Shown in pieces: positions 1 through 9,970 of a stretch of 31,172 bases of DNA. This stretch comes from Myxococcota bacterium (GTDB taxonomy: Bacteria > Myxococcota_A > UBA796 > CAJQPC01). Each line of letters starts with the position of its first letter. Within the stretch, counting starts at the first letter, position 1. Below the pieces are notes generated by a model. That model was not told the DNA's origin, searched no databases, and saw nothing but the letters and a program-made list of their open reading frames with translations. The stretch lies in contig DASCPX010000171.1 in the NCBI GenBank assembly GCA_036012755.1, positions 1 to 31,172 on the forward strand, written 5' to 3'. A program made the position numbers and the translations under genes.

Positions 1-1
1 C

Positions 2-229
2 GTAGAGACCTTCCGCGAGGGCTCGGACGCCGAGACCGCCTCCCGCACGGACAGGGTGATCGAGGGCCGCTTCACGACACAGCTCCTCCTGGATCTGGGC
101 GTCGACGGAGATCGGGACTCTCGCACCATCTACTACAACGACGGCGACGGCTTCCACGTCTCCAGCGTCACCTACGACGCCGACGGCGTCCCGGAGACAG
201 AGCACGACTACGACTACGACTGCGACTGA
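2..229 (+). CDS. C-terminal fragment of an acidic YD/RHS-repeat-like protein (5' end outside the window)
   Basis: Frame 2 is open from the window start to TGA at 227-229 and reads ...DLGVDGDRDSRTIYYNDGDGFHVSSVTYDADGVPETEHDYDYDCD*. It has high GC3 and TYDADG/DGDG motifs. Confidence 0.6.
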   Translation, partial: VETFREGSDAETASRTDRVIEGRFTTQLLLDLGVDGDRDSRTIYYNDGDGFHVSSVTYDADGVPETEHDYDYDCD

Positions 230-257
230 AGCTTCGCCCCGAATGCATCGGTCGGAA

Positions 258-1127
258 TCAGAGCAGGCCCTTCACCGCTTCGCCGAGGCCAGCCGGCGAG
301 CGGCTGATGACGACGCCTGCTTCCTCCATCGCCTGGTACTTGGCCTCGGCCGTGCCCGAGCCACCGGAGATGATGGCGCCCGCGTGGCCCATGCGGCGTC
401 CCGGAGGCGCCGTGGCGCCCGCGATGAACCCCACGATGGGCTTCTTCATGTGCTCCTTGGCCCAGGCGCAGGCCTCTTCCTCGGCCGTGCCGCCGATCTC
501 GCCGATCATCACGACGACGTCGGTGTCGTCGTCGTCGTTGAAGAGCTGGAGCGCGTCGATGTGGCGGGTGCCGACGATGGGGTCACCCCCGATGCCGATG
601 CAGGTCGACTGGCCCAGCCCGATGGCGGTGAGCTGGCCGACGGCCTCGTATGTCAGCGTGCCCGAACGGCTCACGACACCGACGCGTCCGGGGACGTGGA
701 TGTGGCCGGGCATGATGCCGATCTTGCAGGCGCCCGGCGTGATGATGCCCGGGCAGTTCGGACCGATCATGCGGGCGTCGGAGTCCTGCATGTAGCGCCA
801 GACCGTGACCATGTCCTTGACCGGGACGCCCTCCGTGATGGGGATCACGAGCCGGCAGCCGGCGTCCACGGCCTCCAGGATCGCGTCGGCCGCGAAGGGG
901 GGAGGCACGAAGATGACGCTGACGTCCGCTCCTGTCTCCAAGACGGCCTGGGCGACCGTGTCGAAGACCGGGACGTCGCCATCGAAGGTCTGACCGCCCT
1001 TTCCGGGTGTCACGCCCGCGACGAGCCGCGTGCCGTACTCGCGCATCTGCTTGCAGTGGTAGCTGCCCGCGGAGCCTGTGATTCCCTGGCAGAGGACGCG
1101 GGTGTCGGCGTCGACCAAGACAGCCAT
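258..1127 (-). CDS. sucD: Succinyl-CoA synthetase alpha subunit (289 aa)
   Basis: Starts [18 protein letters not shown]. Motifs [28 protein letters not shown] and the phospho-His motif MGHAGA. True ATG is at 1127, 1 nt after the sucC stop. Confidence 0.97.
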   Translation of the reverse strand: MAVLVDADTRVLCQGITGSAGSYHCKQMREYGTRLVAGVTPGKGGQTFDGDVPVFDTVAQAVLETGADVSVIFVPPPFAADAILEAVDAGCRLVIPITEGVPVKDMVTVWRYMQDSDARMIGPNCPGIITPGACKIGIMPGHIHVPGRVGVVSRSGTLTYEAVGQLTAIGLGQSTCIGIGGDPIVGTRHIDALQLFNDDDDTDVVVMIGEIGGTAEEEACAWAKEHMKKPIVGFIAGATAPPGRRMGHAGAIISGGSGTAEAKYQAMEEAGVVISRSPAGLGEAVKGLL

Positions 1128-1128
1128 C

Positions 1129-2369
1129 TCAGGCCTCCCTTGCAGCGACGGCGGCCGTGATCTTCCGGGCGGCGTCGGCCATGTCGGTTGCTGGAACGAG
1201 GTCCAAGCCGGACTCGGAGAGGATCTTCTTGCCGAGTTCGACGTTGGTGCCGGCGAGCCGGACGACCAGCGGCACCTGCAGGCCGACTTCACGCACGGCG
1301 GCGATGACGCCCTCTGCGATGACATCGCACTTCATGATCCCGCCGAAGATGTTGACGAGGATGCCCTTCACCTCCGGGTCGGCGGTGATGATCTTGAAGG
1401 CCGCCGTCACCTTCGCCGTGTCCGCGCCCCCACCGACGTCCAGGAAGTTGGCCGGCTCGTAGCCGTAGAAGCTGATGATGTCCATGGTCGCCATCGCCAG
1501 CCCGGCGCCGTTGACCATGCAGCCGATGTTCCCGTCGAGCTTCACGTAGGACAGGTTGTGGTTGCCGGCCTCGACCTCTGTGGGGTCCTCTTCCGACAGG
1601 TCCCGCATCGCTCGCGTGTCCGGGTGGCGGAACATGGCGTTGTCGTCGAAGGACATCTTGCAGTCCAGCGCGATCACCTCCCCTTCCTCTGTGAGGACCA
1701 GGGGGTTGATCTCGGCCATCGAGCAGTCCTCTGCCATGTAGGTCCGGTACAGACCGAGGATGAACTTCACCCCCGAGCGGAAGGCGCCGCCGGTGAGCCC
1801 GAGTCCATCTGCGATCTGGCGAGCTTGCCAGGCGCCGAGGCCGGTGACAGGGTCGGCCCAGACCTTCAGGATCTTGTCGGGCTGCTCCTCGGCGACCTCC
1901 TCGATGTTCATGCCGCCCTCTGTGGACGCCATGACGAGGACCCGGCAGCGAGAGCGATCGAGCAGGACGGCCAGGTAGAGCTCACGAGCGATGGTGCAGC
2001 CGTTCTCGATGTAGAGCGTGTTGACCCGCTGGCCCTCGAGCCCGGTCTGCTTGGTGACCAGTGTCTTGCCGAGCATGCTCTCCGCGGCGGCCGCGGCCTG
2101 TTGTCGTGAGGAGCAGATCTGGACGCCACCTCTGCCCGGAGCGTCCTCGCCACGAAGAACGGCGGCGAGATCATCGGCGCTGGCGGCTTCCTTGAAGCGC
2201 CCCTTTCCCCGGCCGCCGGCGTGGATCTGGGACTTCACCACCCAGACCGGGCCCGGCAGCCCTTCGAGGCCCGCGTTCAGCGCGGCGAGGTCGCTGCCGG
2301 CCACCCCCGACCCACAGGCCACGCCGTGGCGGCGAAGGACCGACTTCGCCTGGTACTCGTGGATCTTCA

Positions 2370-2370
<1 letters not shown>
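1129..2370 (-). CDS. sucC: Succinyl-CoA synthetase beta subunit (413 aa)
   Basis: Starts MKIHEYQAK. Motifs [56 protein letters not shown]. The ATG overlaps the icd stop (TGATG). Confidence 0.97.
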
Positions 2371-3626
<1,256 letters not shown>

Positions 3627-3636
3627 CGTCGCCTCT

Positions 3637-3665
3637 GAAAAGAAAGGGCCGCTTGCAGGCGGCCC
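3637..3665 (-). terminator. Intrinsic-terminator-like hairpin between gltA and icd
   Basis: The minus strand reads GGGCCGC-CTGCAA-GCGGCCC followed directly by TTTCTTTTC: a 7-bp GC stem plus a U-rich tract. Confidence 0.6.
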
Positions 3666-3708
3666 GGAGGGTCTGGATGAAAAGGACCGTTCGGTTGGGG
3701 CTGAGCGG

Positions 3709-4872
3709 TCAGGAACGGTTGGGCTGGTTCTCGGCGATGAACTTGCACCGGTAGATGGCAACACCCTTGCCGCCCCGGAAGTTCAGACGCTCGTCGATGA
3801 TCTGGGCGGCGATGCCGGAGCAACGCGAGAGACCGAAGAGCACGGTGTAGAAGTCCGAGTTCGTCAGTCCCACCGCCTGCAGCAGGGTGCCGCTGATGGC
3901 GTCGACGTTCGGGTAGGGGTTGGAGACCCTGGGGTTCTCCTTGAGCACCTTGACCGCCCGCTCGCGCATGGCGATGGCGGTCTTGAAGAGGGTGTCGTCC
4001 GGGCAGATCTGGTGGCCGAGGGCGTACTGGATGGCGGCCCGGGGGTCCTCTGCCCGGAGCACGGCGTGTCCGAAGCCGTAGATGAGCTCCCCCCTGTCCA
4101 GGCGCCGGCGCACGAAGGCCTCCACCTCGTCCGGGTCGCTGGTTCCGACGGTGCGGAGGAACTCGAGGCAGTCCTGGTTCGCGCGACCGTGACGGCGGCC
4201 GTAGAGCCCGGCCATCGCGGCGCCCAGGGAGGCGTACATGTCGGCGAGGCCGCTGGCGACGCTCTTGCCTGTGAAGGTCGAGAGGTTGCCGCCCCCGTGG
4301 TCGAGATGCAGCGTGTAGAAGGTCCGCATCATCTTCGTCAGCTTGGCCGGGTCCGCACCTGGGACGCCGAGCATGTGGACGAAGTTCTCCATCAGGCCGA
4401 GCTCGGGTCGGCTGGGAATGGGGGTGCCCCAGCCGCTGCGGACACGGAAAATGGCGGCGACCAGCTGCGGGAGGCGGGCGATGATGTCGAGCCCGTCTTG
4501 TCTGAAGTCGTCGGTCTTGCTGGTCATCCCGAGGAAGTTGAGACCAGCGATGAGCCACTCCATCGGGTGTCCCTGCTTCGGGAGGTGTTGGAGCAGGTCC
4601 AGCACGGATTCGTCGAGACCGGCGGTCCGCGAGGCGAGATCGGCCTTGAACGCCTCGAGCTGCTCGTCGTTCGGGAGTTCCTTGTTCAGCAGCAGGTAGA
4701 CCGCTGCCTCGGGCCCGACCTCCCAGATGTCCTGGACCGGGTAGCCGACGTAGTGAATGCCCTTGTAGGGGTCGACGGCCGAGGTGCGCACGGTGCCGAC
4801 CGGTATGCCTCGCAAGCCCGTGTCGAGGTGGGCTCTGGTGATCTCGAAGAGGACCTCTGAGGCGTCGGGCAT
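3709..4872 (-). CDS. gltA: Citrate synthase (387 aa) with eukaryote-type active-site motifs
   Basis: Motifs [46 protein letters not shown]. First gene of the TCA operon. Confidence 0.9.
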   Translation of the reverse strand: MPDASEVLFEITRAHLDTGLRGIPVGTVRTSAVDPYKGIHYVGYPVQDIWEVGPEAAVYLLLNKELPNDEQLEAFKADLASRTAGLDESVLDLLQHLPKQGHPMEWLIAGLNFLGMTSKTDDFRQDGLDIIARLPQLVAAIFRVRSGWGTPIPSRPELGLMENFVHMLGVPGADPAKLTKMMRTFYTLHLDHGGGNLSTFTGKSVASGLADMYASLGAAMAGLYGRRHGRANQDCLEFLRTVGTSDPDEVEAFVRRRLDRGELIYGFGHAVLRAEDPRAAIQYALGHQICPDDTLFKTAIAMRERAVKVLKENPRVSNPYPNVDAISGTLLQAVGLTNSDFYTVLFGLSRCSGIAAQIIDERLNFRGGKGVAIYRCKFIAENQPNRS

Positions 4873-4901
4873 GGCTGTCTTTCTTCTGGTTCGGGGTGCT
4901 G

Positions 4902-4929
4902 TTCGTATCACCCGGGTTTCGGGTGTCAA
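4902..4929 (-). promoter_or_regulatory. Putative sigma70-type promoter of the gltA operon
   Basis: The minus strand has a perfect TTGACA (4929-4924), a 16-nt spacer, then TACGAA. The inverted repeat CACCCG-N5-CGGGTG (4909-4925) covers the spacer. Confidence 0.45.
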
Positions 4930-4972
4930 GCGGCTCGGGGAGCGGGGTGTTATCGGCGCTGATGAGGTTTCG

Positions 4973-6115
4973 ATGCGGCTGAACCACACCGTCGCGCTCA
5001 CTGACGTGGGGCGCGAGCGGAAGCACAACGAGGACGCACATCTCCTGCTCTCCGACATCGGCCTGTTGGCCGTCGCCGACGGAATGGGTGGGCTCGAGCA
5101 CGGCGAAGTCGCCTCCGCTACCGCAATCGGAACCATCCGGGCGGCGAGGAGCGTCCTGACCGATCTGGTCGAGAAGACCGACGAGGTCCCGGCGAGAGAG
5201 AACCGCGCCAACCTCGGTTCGGCGCTGGAGCAGGTCACGGACATCGCGTCCAGCCGGATCCAGCAGGTCCTCCAGGGAGCCAACAGCGGGACGACGCTCG
5301 TCGTCGGCGTAATCGCGGGTGGCCACCTGATGGTCGCCAACACCGGGGACTCACGGGCCTACCTCTTCCGCCAGGGTCGCATTCGCTGCCTCACGGACGA
5401 CCACACCGTCGCGGCGGCCCGCCTGCGGGCGGGGCTCCTGACCCAGGAGGAGCACGACAACTCCCCCTACCAGCACATGCTCTACCAGGCCCTGGGTATC
5501 TCTGGCGAGGTCAACCCGGACCTCTTCGACGAGCCCCTGGCGATGGGCGACATCGTGCTCTTGTGCAGCGACGGCCTGACCGGGCCGGTGCCAGATGGAA
5601 TGTGCGAGCACATCCTCGAGGAGCACCTCGAGCAGGACGCCACCCTCGACGAGATCGCAGGAGCCCTGGTCAAGGAGGCCAACGACAAGGGGGGCCCCGA
5701 CAACATCACCGTCGTGATGGCCCGCATCGAGGACGGCCCGACAGCGGACACCGTCGAGCGGGACCGCATCACGCTCGAGGCGGCGAACGCGACCGGGGCC
5801 CTGGAGTCGATCGACCTGCGGCTCTTGCGCCACTACCTCGACTACGAATCCCTCGGCCCGGAGGAGGCCACCTCTCCGGCCCGCGGGCTGCACCTGGTGC
5901 TCACCGGCGCGCTGTGTCGCGGCGAAGAGCGGGTCGAGCCCGGCTCCTTCTGTGGCGTGAAGAGCCTGATGGACGGCACCGAGGAGCCATGGCTGGCGGA
6001 GGGCGACACCAGATGCCTCACCCTCTCTGGCGAGTGCTACGAGCTCCTCGAGCGTCGCCGTCCCAAGACCGCCGCGCGGCTGCTGCGGGGCGTGCTCGGA
6101 GCCCTCTCGGACTAA
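4973..6115 (+). CDS. PP2C/Stp1-family Ser/Thr protein phosphatase with a C-terminal degenerate cNMP-binding-like domain (380 aa)
   Basis: Motifs TDVGRERKHNED, VADGMGG, ANTGDSRAY, CSDGL, GGPDNIT. The C-terminal LHLVLTGAL...PGSFCGVKSLM...AEGDTRCLTLS resembles a CNB beta-barrel. GAGG precedes the ATG at 4973. Confidence 0.88.
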   Translation: MRLNHTVALTDVGRERKHNEDAHLLLSDIGLLAVADGMGGLEHGEVASATAIGTIRAARSVLTDLVEKTDEVPARENRANLGSALEQVTDIASSRIQQVLQGANSGTTLVVGVIAGGHLMVANTGDSRAYLFRQGRIRCLTDDHTVAAARLRAGLLTQEEHDNSPYQHMLYQALGISGEVNPDLFDEPLAMGDIVLLCSDGLTGPVPDGMCEHILEEHLEQDATLDEIAGALVKEANDKGGPDNITVVMARIEDGPTADTVERDRITLEAANATGALESIDLRLLRHYLDYESLGPEEATSPARGLHLVLTGALCRGEERVEPGSFCGVKSLMDGTEEPWLAEGDTRCLTLSGECYELLERRRPKTAARLLRGVLGALSD

Positions 6116-6134
6116 TAGTCTGGGCGGCGGGGCA

Positions 6135-7334
6135 TCAGACGCTCCTCGGATTCACCAGCGCGTTCGCGGCGAGGATGCCCGAGACGAGCGCGGCGGCGAT
6201 GAGGCAGGTCTGGAAGGCGATGTCGACGCCGTCGAGGACCTGACGATCCGCGAGAGCCCGGGCCGCCCGGAACCCGACCGAGCCCGGAACGAGCATGAGG
6301 AGTCCGGGCATCAGCGGAACCGAGGCGGGGACGCGCCTCCAGCGGGCGTAGAGGTTCGAACCCAGCGCCACCATGAAGCTGCCGAGGAAGGGGCCGAGCT
6401 CCGTGCCGACGAGCTCGGCGGCGTAGCCCGTGCCGAAGAAGGCCAGGAAACAGACCGCGACGACCACCGGGAGCCGACTCGGGTGGGCCCGGAAGAGCAC
6501 GACGAGCGCCGCGGCGCAGGCAGCGACTGCCAGAGGCGTGACCCAGCTGGCGAGTGCCACGACGTCCACCGCCGTCGTCTGGCCCGCGTGGGCGCCGAGC
6601 GAGAAACCCAGGGCAGTGCCGACGGTCAGCTGCAGCAAGCTCATCCCCGCACCCATCGCCCGAGCCGTGCCCGAGGCCAGGTGTCCCGTCGCCAGCTCAG
6701 CCAGGGCGATGGTCAAGGAGAAGCCTGGCAACAGCACGATGAGGCTCGCCAGCACCACGATCTCCGGACGCAGTGGCGCGAAGACCGCGAGTCCCCTTGC
6801 CGCCGTCGCCACCATCGCCGCCGCAGCCATCGGGAACAGCCGCGAGATGTGAGGCGAGCGACCGGAGATGGCCGCGAGCGCGCCTACGATCGTGCCCAGC
6901 AGGCCCGAGGCGACCACCTCCTCGAGGACACCGCCGAAGAGCACTGACGAGGTAGCCGAGGTCATGCCGAAGGCACCGACGACCGCCCCGACGCTCCACC
7001 GGGCCGGGGCGGCCAGGACCGCATGGAGACGACGGAGGGCAGCCCGAGCGCCCAGGCGACCAGCTCCGAGGTCCCTGGCGATGAGATCCAGCTCCACGAT
7101 GCGCTCCAGGCACACCTCCGACGGCGCCGTCCGGAGCAGCTCGATCTCGCCGTCGACCTGGACCAGGACCGCTGTCGGCGTAGCGAAGAAGCGGCCCTCG
7201 ACGCCCAGCGGGCGGCAGGCACCTTCGAGCACGGCTTCCATGCGGTGGGCGCTCAGGCCGGCACCGTGAAGCGCCTTGGCGAGCTCGACCAGGAAGCGTG
7301 CGCGACGACGGATGTTCTTCGGTGTGCGGACCAT
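6135..7334 (-). CDS. ThrE-family threonine/serine exporter (399 aa)
   Basis: N-terminal LAKALHGAGLSAHRMEA, about 10 hydrophobic segments, and duplicated IVLLPG...LATGHL.SG / LMLVPG motifs. Divergent from an Lrp regulator. Confidence 0.85.
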   Translation of the reverse strand: MVRTPKNIRRRARFLVELAKALHGAGLSAHRMEAVLEGACRPLGVEGRFFATPTAVLVQVDGEIELLRTAPSEVCLERIVELDLIARDLGAGRLGARAALRRLHAVLAAPARWSVGAVVGAFGMTSATSSVLFGGVLEEVVASGLLGTIVGALAAISGRSPHISRLFPMAAAAMVATAARGLAVFAPLRPEIVVLASLIVLLPGFSLTIALAELATGHLASGTARAMGAGMSLLQLTVGTALGFSLGAHAGQTTAVDVVALASWVTPLAVAACAAALVVLFRAHPSRLPVVVAVCFLAFFGTGYAAELVGTELGPFLGSFMVALGSNLYARWRRVPASVPLMPGLLMLVPGSVGFRAARALADRQVLDGVDIAFQTCLIAAALVSGILAANALVNPRSV

Positions 7335-7391
7335 ATGTCCAAGATAGGTTCGGCCTTGCACCAGAGCTATCGAATGGTTTATTGTTCTTGT
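7335..7391. promoter_or_regulatory. 57-bp AT-rich divergent promoter region; both genes appear leaderless
   Basis: Plus strand: TTGCAC(7356-61)-N18-TATTGT(7380-85)-N6-ATG. Minus strand: TATCTT-N6-ATG(7334). No clear SD for either gene. Confidence 0.55.
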
Positions 7392-7865
7392 ATGGATCTT
7401 CCGGAACTCGACCGAACAGATCGCGGAATCCTGCGGCTCCTGCAGAACGATTCACGCCAGAGCTTCAAGCAGGTGGCCGCCAGCGTCGGACTGGCGGCCT
7501 CGACGGTCTACGAACGGGTCCGCCGCCTGGAGCGCGCGGGTGTCTTGCGTGGTGCCCGCTTCGAGGTCGACCCGCGCGCCCTCGGCGTCAACCTGGAGGC
7601 CATGGTGTTCGTGCAGCTCTCTGCCCACGACGTCGATGTCTTCTCGCAGTTCGCGGCCCACATAGACCAGCTCCCCATGGTGGTGCGCTGGTACAACCTC
7701 GCGGGCTCCCAGGACTTCGCCGTCGTCGTCGCCGCTGCGGACTCGGACCACCTGCGGGTGCTGATCCTCGAGCACCTGACCTCACGGCCCGAGGTGCGCC
7801 ACATCGAGACCAACCTGATCTTCGAACGCCGAACCAGCGGCGTGCTGCCGGACTACCTGGGCTGA
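7392..7865 (+). CDS. Lrp/AsnC family transcriptional regulator (157 aa)
   Basis: HTH region LDRTDRGILRLLQNDSRQS..QVA..VGLAASTVYERVRRLERAGVL, followed by a RAM domain (LAGSQDF). Confidence 0.95.
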   Translation: MDLPELDRTDRGILRLLQNDSRQSFKQVAASVGLAASTVYERVRRLERAGVLRGARFEVDPRALGVNLEAMVFVQLSAHDVDVFSQFAAHIDQLPMVVRWYNLAGSQDFAVVVAAADSDHLRVLILEHLTSRPEVRHIETNLIFERRTSGVLPDYLG

Positions 7866-8022
7866 CTAGTACCCTCCGGCGCGAGTTCCGACGCAGTCGG
7901 GGCTGCGACGGGGTGAACGACGGCACGCGCAGCGGGCCGCCGGGGGGAGGGCCGTAGGCCCGGGGGGCAGGGCCCCCCTGGAAGGAAACGAGTGCCCCAG
8001 CGCCGCGACGCGGCGCGCGTCG
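7866..8022 (+). mobile_element. MITE/REP-like repeat, copy 1 (right end uncertain, possibly ~8106)
   Basis: Starts with CTAG immediately after the lrp stop. Aligns without gaps to 9767-9923 with 28 mismatches in 157 nt (~82%, manual count). Contains the hairpins CCGAC-GCA-GTCGG and GGGGGG-CAGGG-CCCCCC. Confidence 0.7.
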
Positions 8023-8476
8023 GCGACAAGCTCGACCATGCCCGCCTCCCATGCGCTGCCGTCCTCTGCGACCACCGCGCGAAACTCGGCGCTGGAGATG
8101 CCCTGGAGGTCCATCAGCGCCGGCTCCGCCATCGAGGCAGGCTCGGACCAGCTGGAGGTGTGGAAGGAGAACTCCTGGCTCCCGCAAGCCTCCATCGTGA
8201 CGTCGTAGGTGGCGTCGAAGGACAGGGGCTCGTCGGGACGGAAGAAGATCCTCCTGCCGTCGAGCTCGACCTCGCCCAGCACCGCACCCTCCGGCCCTTC
8301 GACGCCCAGGCCGACCTCATCGGGGCTTCGCCGAAGAGCCAGAAGAGCTCGCCCTCCGGGTGGAACACGGAGCCAGCCTCGGGCCACTATCTGAAGAGGT
8401 CGGCGCTACACGCAGCAGAGCCCGAGTCCTCGGCGGGATTCGGGCTCGACGAACAGGCGAGGAGGATGGCGAGCAT
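8023..8476 (-). pseudogene. Disrupted lipoprotein with an Ig-like (Big_5/SbsA-type) domain
   Basis: ATG at 8476 gives MLAILLAC-SSSPNPAEDSG...DLFR, then an in-frame TAG (8389-8387), then WPEAGSVFHPEGELFWLFGEAP. A 1-nt frameshift at the G-run 8322-8325 leads to DEVGLGVEGPEGAVLGEVELDGRRIFFRPDEPLSFDATYDVTMEACGSQEFSFHTS. The 3' end runs into the repeat. Confidence 0.6.
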
Positions 8477-8488
8477 CCCCTGAAGGTA

Positions 8489-9649
8489 TCAGCTGATGAA
8501 GTCCTTGACGCGACCGGCCAGATCCGTGGCCTCCCAGGTGAACTCCTCGCGCCCGAAGTGGCCGTAGGCAGCCGTCTGGCGGTACTTCGGCTTGAGCAGG
8601 TCCAGGTGCGCGATCAGGTCCGCGGGCTTGGTCGGGAAGACCTCGCGCACGCAGTCGGCGAGCATCTCGTCCGGGACGACGCCCGTGCCATAGGTGTCGA
8701 CCATGACGCTGACAGGTGCCGCGACGCCGATGGCGTAGGCGAGCTGGACGAGGCAGCGGCTGGCGGCCCCGGCGGCCACGATGTTCTTCGCGGCGTAGCG
8801 GCCGAGGTAGGCAGCGGAGCGGTCGACCTTGGAGGGGTCCTTGCCCGAGAAGGCACCGCCACCGTGGGCGCCGTGGCCCCCGTAGGTGTCGACGATGATC
8901 TTGCGACCGGTGAGGCCGGCGTCGCCCATCGGGCCACCGACGACGAAGCGGCCGGTCGGGTTGACGTGGAAGATGGTGTCGTCGTCGAGCAGGTGGTTGG
9001 GGATCACGCTCGGCACGAGGCTCTCGCGCACGTAGCTGCCGATCTCGGAGAGCTGGACCAGGGGCGAGTGCTGGGTGGAGATGACGACCGTGTGGACGCG
9101 AACCGGCCGGCCGTCGCGGTACTCGATGGTGACCTGCGACTTGCTGTCCGGACGGGCCCAGTCCATGACGCCGGACTTGCGATCCTGGGCGAACTTCGCC
9201 AGCAGCTTGTGGCTGTAGTGGATGCTCATCGGCATCAGCTCTGCGGTCTCGTCGCAGGCGTAGCCGAACATCATCCCCTGGTCCCCGGCGCCCTGCTCGA
9301 CGTGGAGGCCCGCACCGGCGGTCACGCCCTGGCTGATGTCGGGGCTCTGGGTCTCGACCGCGACCATGATGGCGCAGGTGTTCCCGTCGAAGCCCTTGTC
9401 CGAGTGATCGAAGCCGATGTCGTTGACGACGTCTCGGACGACCATCGGGTAGTCGACATGGCCCGCCGAAGTGATCTCGCCGGCGAGGAGCACGAAGCCT
9501 GTCTTGACGGCTGTCTCGCAGGCGACCCGGCTCCTCGGATCCTGGGCGATGAAGGCGTCGAGGATGGCGTCAGAGATCTGGTCGCACATCTTGTCAGGGT
9601 GGCCCTCGGAGACACTCTCAGAGGTGAACAAGTAGTTTTTGAGCGCCAT
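8489..9649 (-). CDS. metK: S-adenosylmethionine synthetase (386 aa)
   Basis: Motifs [60 protein letters not shown] duplicated AAGGAACC precedes the ATG, and TTGACA lies at 9710-9705. Confidence 0.98.
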   Translation of the reverse strand: MALKNYLFTSESVSEGHPDKMCDQISDAILDAFIAQDPRSRVACETAVKTGFVLLAGEITSAGHVDYPMVVRDVVNDIGFDHSDKGFDGNTCAIMVAVETQSPDISQGVTAGAGLHVEQGAGDQGMMFGYACDETAELMPMSIHYSHKLLAKFAQDRKSGVMDWARPDSKSQVTIEYRDGRPVRVHTVVISTQHSPLVQLSEIGSYVRESLVPSVIPNHLLDDDTIFHVNPTGRFVVGGPMGDAGLTGRKIIVDTYGGHGAHGGGAFSGKDPSKVDRSAAYLGRYAAKNIVAAGAASRCLVQLAYAIGVAAPVSVMVDTYGTGVVPDEMLADCVREVFPTKPADLIAHLDLLKPKYRQTAAYGHFGREEFTWEATDLAGRVKDFIS

Positions 9650-9766
9650 GTTGGTTCCTTGGTTCCTTTGCAAAGCCGGCTGTTTTCGAGCGCCTCGGCT
9701 CGGCTGTCAACCTAAGCCCCGGCCCGCGGGTAGTTGCGCCTATCCGAATGCGAAGATGCAGCCCAG

Positions 9767-9970
9767 CTAGTTCCCTCCGGCGCAAGTCCCGACGCAGTCG
9801 GGGCGGTGACGGAGGGGACTACGGCACGCGGAGCGGGCCGACGGGGGGAGCGCCCACGGCGCGGGGGGCAGGGGCCCCCCGGAAGCGAACTGGTGCCCTC
9901 GCGCCGCCCAGCGGCGCGCGCCGAAGGCGCCGGTGGAAGGCGCGTCGCGGCTTCTGCCGAGGGGCACTAG
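9767..9970 (+). mobile_element. MITE-like element, copy 2 (apparently complete; 196 bp between flanking CTAG tetramers)
   Basis: CTAG at 9767-9770 and 9967-9970. Imperfect 25-bp terminal inverted repeats (18/25). Internal hairpins CCCGAC-GCA-GTCGGG, CGGGGGGC-AGGG-GCCCCCCG and GCGCC-GAA-GGCGC. No credible coding capacity. Confidence 0.75.

Noticed and set aside
230..257. Bidirectional terminator between the convergent first gene and sucD
   Set aside because: Only a weak 4-bp stem (CCGA/TCGG) is present, with no U-tract.
7954..7981. RAYT-type REP (GTAG + hairpin)
   Set aside because: GTAG is not conserved in copy 2, and no tyrosine transposase is present in the window.
7866..8387. 173-aa ORF as an intact gene
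   Set aside because: It is chimeric: the first ~22 aa are the wrong frame of the pseudogene, and the last ~50 aa are read-through into the repeat.
8387..8389. Pyrrolysine or amber read-through in the lipoprotein gene
   Set aside because: The same gene also has a frameshift and a disrupted 3' end, and other genes here use TAG as a normal stop. Decay is the simpler explanation.
9650..9766. SAM riboswitch upstream of metK
   Set aside because: I could not recognise SAM-I/II/V consensus elements, and the TTGACA at 9705-9710 implies a very short leader. An Rfam scan would settle it.
9767..9967. 66-aa and 78-aa ORFs within repeat copy 2
   Set aside because: Low-complexity translations of a structured non-coding repeat.
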